This document shows, piece by piece, positions 60,804 to 64,000 of a DNA stretch of 64,000 nucleotides. The DNA is from an uncultured Chloroflexia bacterium. Lineage in GTDB: Bacteria > Chloroflexota > Limnocylindria > Limnocylindrales > CSP1-4. A program made the translations under genes and the position numbers. Position 1 is the stretch's first letter, and every line of letters begins with the position of its first letter. Location of the stretch: NCBI GenBank assembly GCA_963779375.1, contig CAVZXW010000024.1, positions 142,734-206,733 on the forward strand. Reading direction: 5' to 3'. Under the pieces are notes generated by a model that saw only the letters and a list, made by a program, of their open reading frames with translations, ran no database searches and was not told the DNA's origin.

Positions 60804-61283
60804 TCAGGGCTGTGTGACGGCCTCCGGTGGGGCCGACGGCTCCCCGATCAGGAGGGTCAGCAGGGCGCGCTCCTCCTGTTCGAGGTGGGACGAGAGGACG
60901 GCGTGGAGCGCATAGAGGTGGGCCCGCAGGTCCGCGACGTGCCGGCGCGCCGGATCGGACTGCAGGACGGCGCAGTCGGCCTCGAGCACGGCGATGTTGC
61001 CGCGGATCTGTTCGTGCTGGACGCGCAGGAACCGCGTCGCCCACGTCGTGGCCGCGAGACGGTCGGTCTCGGGGAAGCAGACCTGCTCCTCCCACTCCAT
61101 GTGGGTCCGGAGCGTCTTCGTCAGTTCGTCGAGCAGACTCCGCGCGACACTTGCGAGGCTCGACGTCTCGAGGGTTCCGGCCACCTCGGCGGTCGTCTCG
61201 ATGCGGGTGAGCGCGCGCTCGAGCGAGCGATGCGCACGGTCGAGGATATGGCGTTCGACCATGGCGACGTGGTGCTCTGTCAT
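60804..61283 (-). CDS. Hemerythrin-like (HHE) domain protein
   Basis: AHRSL, HMEWEE, QHEQI, HLEQEE. Confidence 0.8.
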   Translation of the reverse strand: MTEHHVAMVERHILDRAHRSLERALTRIETTAEVAGTLETSSLASVARSLLDELTKTLRTHMEWEEQVCFPETDRLAATTWATRFLRVQHEQIRGNIAVLEADCAVLQSDPARRHVADLRAHLYALHAVLSSHLEQEERALLTLLIGEPSAPPEAVTQP

Positions 61284-61488
61284 CGGTGCGCGATTCCTCG
61301 TCCTGCAACGCTGCCGGCCAACGCTACCCGACACCGGCGGCGGCGCAGAGAGGCCTTTGGCACGAGGGAGGCGGGCACGCGATCCGCGGGCGGGGCCGAC
61401 TGGCACGGACGCCGACCCGGCACACCCGGTGCGTCAGCGGACGCACGTCCCTCGCGGCGCCGGGCGGGCGCCGCCGCGATCACCCGGA

Positions 61489-63057
61489 TCAGGTCCCGTA
61501 CGTTGCCGGCACGACCGTCTCGATGAGCAGCTTCTGGACCTCGTCGGCCTGCTCGAAGGCGACCGAGTGAGCCGCGCCCAGGAAGGTGACCCGCTGCTTG
61601 ACCGGCGCGACGAGCTGGTCGAACCACTCGATCGCGAGGTCACGCCGGCCCGCCAGTTCGGCGGCGCCATCGAGGAGGTACACGGGAACGTCCAGGCTCG
61701 GGACGTCGCGACGGAAGTCCACGGAGTACAGCTGCGGGTACATGACCGCGAACGTGTCGGCGAGGCCGCGCAGGACGTTCGTCTTCTCGACGAGCGTGTA
61801 TTCGGAACCGAGCATGCCGTAGAGCCCGACGCCGGACGATGCGCCGCGACTCTCGTACCCGGCCGACGGCGTGTACGGCTCGTACAGGTAGTCGTACCAC
61901 CCAGCGACGAGCACGTTCGCGAACGGGAAGTCGCGGTAGGGCGGGCCGCCGAGGCCCCGGAGGTTCGACGCGAGCGCTCCGTCGCCGACTCGATCGGCGT
62001 AGGCCACCAGGTCCGCGTAGATGCGCCGGTCCGTCTCGAGAACGTCCACCATCTGGCCGCTCCCCAGGTAGGCGTAGTAGAGATCGGGGCGCCGCTGGAC
62101 GGCGAGGACGCCGAGGATCGTCCCCCAGGACTCGCCCATCAGGTAGATCTTCCGCTCGCCGAAGCGCTGGCGCAGGTAGTCGGTCAGCTCGATCGTGTCG
62201 GACACCGCCTGGTCCAGCGTCATGGTCGAGAGCGGGTCGAGCGCCGCGTAGGACTTGCCGTTGCCTCGCTGATCCCAGTCGACGAACACGAAGTCCCGGA
62301 CCCACCCCGACGCGAGGGCGCGTGAATACGCCAGGTCGGACTGGCCCGGGCCGCCGGACAGGTACAGGAGCACGGGCTTGTCAGGGCTCGCCGCGCGGAT
62401 CATCACGGCCTGGTCGTGGCCGCCGAGCGCGACGGTCGCCAGCTCGGCGAGGCTTCCCGGGATCGAGGTGCCGTCGGCGCCGAGGACCGGAGGCGCCGAG
62501 GCCGGCGCTACCACCACCAGCGTCAGCGCGAGCGTCGCGAGCGCACCGATGCCGGTCGGGGTCTGTCGTAGCAGACCGCGCATGCGCCCGTGCGCGGCTC
62601 CGCCGGTGGACGCGCGCAGACGTCGCGAGACGATGAACCGCACGAGGCTGCCACTGGCGATCATCGGCAGGAACACGAGGAGACCGTGGAACCCGCGGGC
62701 AACGACCAGCATGACGACGGCGACCGTGCTGTCGACGCGGATGGCGCCGACCGATGGCCCCGCCCACGAGGGTCGCGCCAGCTCGTAGCAGACGACGTAG
62801 GCGACCGCGGCGAGCAGCATCGCCCGGCGCCGGGGCCACGTCAGGCCGGCGACGATGCCGATCACCGCCCCCGTCGCCATCACGACGAGTGCCTGCGCGG
62901 TCGTGGCGGGCCCCCTCGGCATCGCGATCGCGGAGAGCGCGGCCGTCGCACCACTGGCGATCGCGACGACGGCCGGCCCTGACCAGGGGCGCTGCCCCAG
63001 GCGCACGGCAGCGTGCCGCATGCCGGCGAAACGGCCCGGCGGCGTCGGAGCGATCAT
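61489..63057 (-). CDS. Membrane-anchored alpha/beta hydrolase (proline iminopeptidase-like)
   Basis: About 5 TM helices, then LSGGPG, WDQRGNGKS, GESWG, AHS. Confidence 0.85.
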   Translation of the reverse strand: MIAPTPPGRFAGMRHAAVRLGQRPWSGPAVVAIASGATAALSAIAMPRGPATTAQALVVMATGAVIGIVAGLTWPRRRAMLLAAVAYVVCYELARPSWAGPSVGAIRVDSTVAVVMLVVARGFHGLLVFLPMIASGSLVRFIVSRRLRASTGGAAHGRMRGLLRQTPTGIGALATLALTLVVVAPASAPPVLGADGTSIPGSLAELATVALGGHDQAVMIRAASPDKPVLLYLSGGPGQSDLAYSRALASGWVRDFVFVDWDQRGNGKSYAALDPLSTMTLDQAVSDTIELTDYLRQRFGERKIYLMGESWGTILGVLAVQRRPDLYYAYLGSGQMVDVLETDRRIYADLVAYADRVGDGALASNLRGLGGPPYRDFPFANVLVAGWYDYLYEPYTPSAGYESRGASSGVGLYGMLGSEYTLVEKTNVLRGLADTFAVMYPQLYSVDFRRDVPSLDVPVYLLDGAAELAGRRDLAIEWFDQLVAPVKQRVTFLGAAHSVAFEQADEVQKLLIETVVPATYGT

Positions 63058-63291
63058 GCGCTGTCTCCCTCCCGCGGGACGCCCGGTCACCCCCCTGCAG
63101 GTCCCGAGGGTCCCGGGCCGTGCCGGCGCCTCGCAATGGCTGGCCGGCCTGTTTCGCCCGCCGGTCGGCCCCCGTGCGCCGGCCGGCAGTACCCCGAAGC
63201 AGGAAGGGGCAGGAAGACTCTGTCGCGGGACCGCGCACACGCGCCACCATCGGCTCGGAGGGCACCATCCGCGCCGCAGGGAGGGCACAGC

Positions 63292-63750
63292 ATGTCGCTC
63301 GTGCAGGGCAGGGCCGCATCCGCGATCCGCCGCCTCTGGCACGAGGAGAAGGCGGAAGTCACCCAGGTCGCCGCCCGTGTCTCGCTCGTCGCGAACGGCG
63401 TGACCAACGTGAGCGCGGCACTCGTCGGCGGCAGGGCGCGGGGCCTGCTCGAGCTGCTCGAGCACGAGGTGCTCCCCTACCTCGACTGGGAGGAGACGAT
63501 CGTCCATCCGGTCCTGGACCGCCTCGTCGGCACCTCGCGGGCCAGCCGTGCCCTGCGTGCCCAGCTCGAACAGGTTCGCGTCGCGATCGGGCAGGTCCAG
63601 GCGGACTGGGACGGACTGCGCGGGCCGCCGACGGCCCGCCAGCTGGTCGACCTGCGGATGCATCTCCGGCGCCTCGGCGCGATCATGGCCGCGCACCTGG
63701 AGCAGGAGGAGCGGGCGCTGGCCCCCGTCCTCGCCGTCGCCCGAGCCTGA
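63292..63750 (+). CDS. Hemerythrin-like domain protein, partly degenerate
   Basis: Paralogue of 60804-61283: YLDWEE, QLEQV, HLEQEERAL; AGGAGG SD. Confidence 0.72.
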   Translation: MSLVQGRAASAIRRLWHEEKAEVTQVAARVSLVANGVTNVSAALVGGRARGLLELLEHEVLPYLDWEETIVHPVLDRLVGTSRASRALRAQLEQVRVAIGQVQADWDGLRGPPTARQLVDLRMHLRRLGAIMAAHLEQEERALAPVLAVARA

Positions 63751-63841
63751 TGTCCGGCGCCCGCGGGCCGGGTGCGTAAGCTTGTGGCCGGGACCGGCCG
63801 GCGCGATGTCGCCGGCGACGATCAGGAGGCGCGACTCGTCC

Positions 63842-64000
63842 ATGAGCGGCAGCGACAGGTTCGGGGGGCGCCGGCTGGCGCAGTCGATCGGGCGCGTGGG
63901 AGTGTGGAGCTGGGCGCTCCAGCGCATGTCGGCCGCCGACGCGGGCGCGACGGCGCGCGGGTTCGAGGCGCTCGGCTACCCGGCGGTCTGGATCCCCGAG
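63842..64000 (+). CDS. LLM-class (probably F420-dependent) oxidoreductase, 5' fragment
   Basis: AGGAGG SD; MSGSDRF..IGRVGVWS..FEALGYPAVWIPE runs off the window. Confidence 0.7.
   Translation, partial: MSGSDRFGGRRLAQSIGRVGVWSWALQRMSAADAGATARGFEALGYPAVWIPE

Noticed and set aside
63076-63114. DosR-like boxes near the second hemerythrin gene
   Set aside because: Half-sites are spaced by 5 nt rather than 4 and are imperfect; easily arises by chance in GC-rich DNA.
1-64000. tRNA, rRNA, IS, integrase or prophage genes
   Set aside because: No recognisable motifs by eye; a covariance or HMM scan would be needed to exclude them fully.

Overview
A very GC-rich bacterial chromosome segment, almost fully coding, with about 60 genes. 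The gene content and pervasive leaderless TANNNT-N6-8-start signals fit Chloroflexota or Actinomycetota; this is inference, not a database result. From left to right: a leucine-type catabolic cluster (MCC beta and alpha, HMG-CoA lyase, acyl-CoA dehydrogenase), a xanthine-dehydrogenase-family operon, an acyl-CoA ligase, a MarR/ABC exporter, AzlCD, a GGDEF/HD-GYP protein, an aminotransferase, a fused E2-E1 2-oxoglutarate dehydrogenase, a K+ channel, two Gfo/Idh/MocA enzymes, a HipA-like kinase/DUF3037/HAD operon, fdhD-fdhF/ydeP, a lone GT2-PilZ synthase, an OYE reductase with AraC, a BNR propeller with MoaD, and a PAP2-mtnP-rhodanese-propeller operon. The right end holds an ApbE / di-heme membrane protein / ferredoxin / FNR / two-component locus followed by two hemerythrin-like paralogues. 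Many single-base frameshifts between about 36.6 and 55.4 kb look like long-read consensus errors. I saw no tRNA, rRNA, CRISPR or transposase. Best leads: (1) the ApbE operon, whose only plausible flavinylation substrates are two tiny Pro-rich membrane-tethered proteins; (2) an unannotated 185-nt rod-shaped RNA candidate at 24958-25142; (3) a 20-aa Lys/Pro micro-ORF with its own -10, SD and hairpin; (4) an in-frame TGA followed by a hairpin in the Mo subunit; (5) the BNR-propeller/ubiquitin-like pair.
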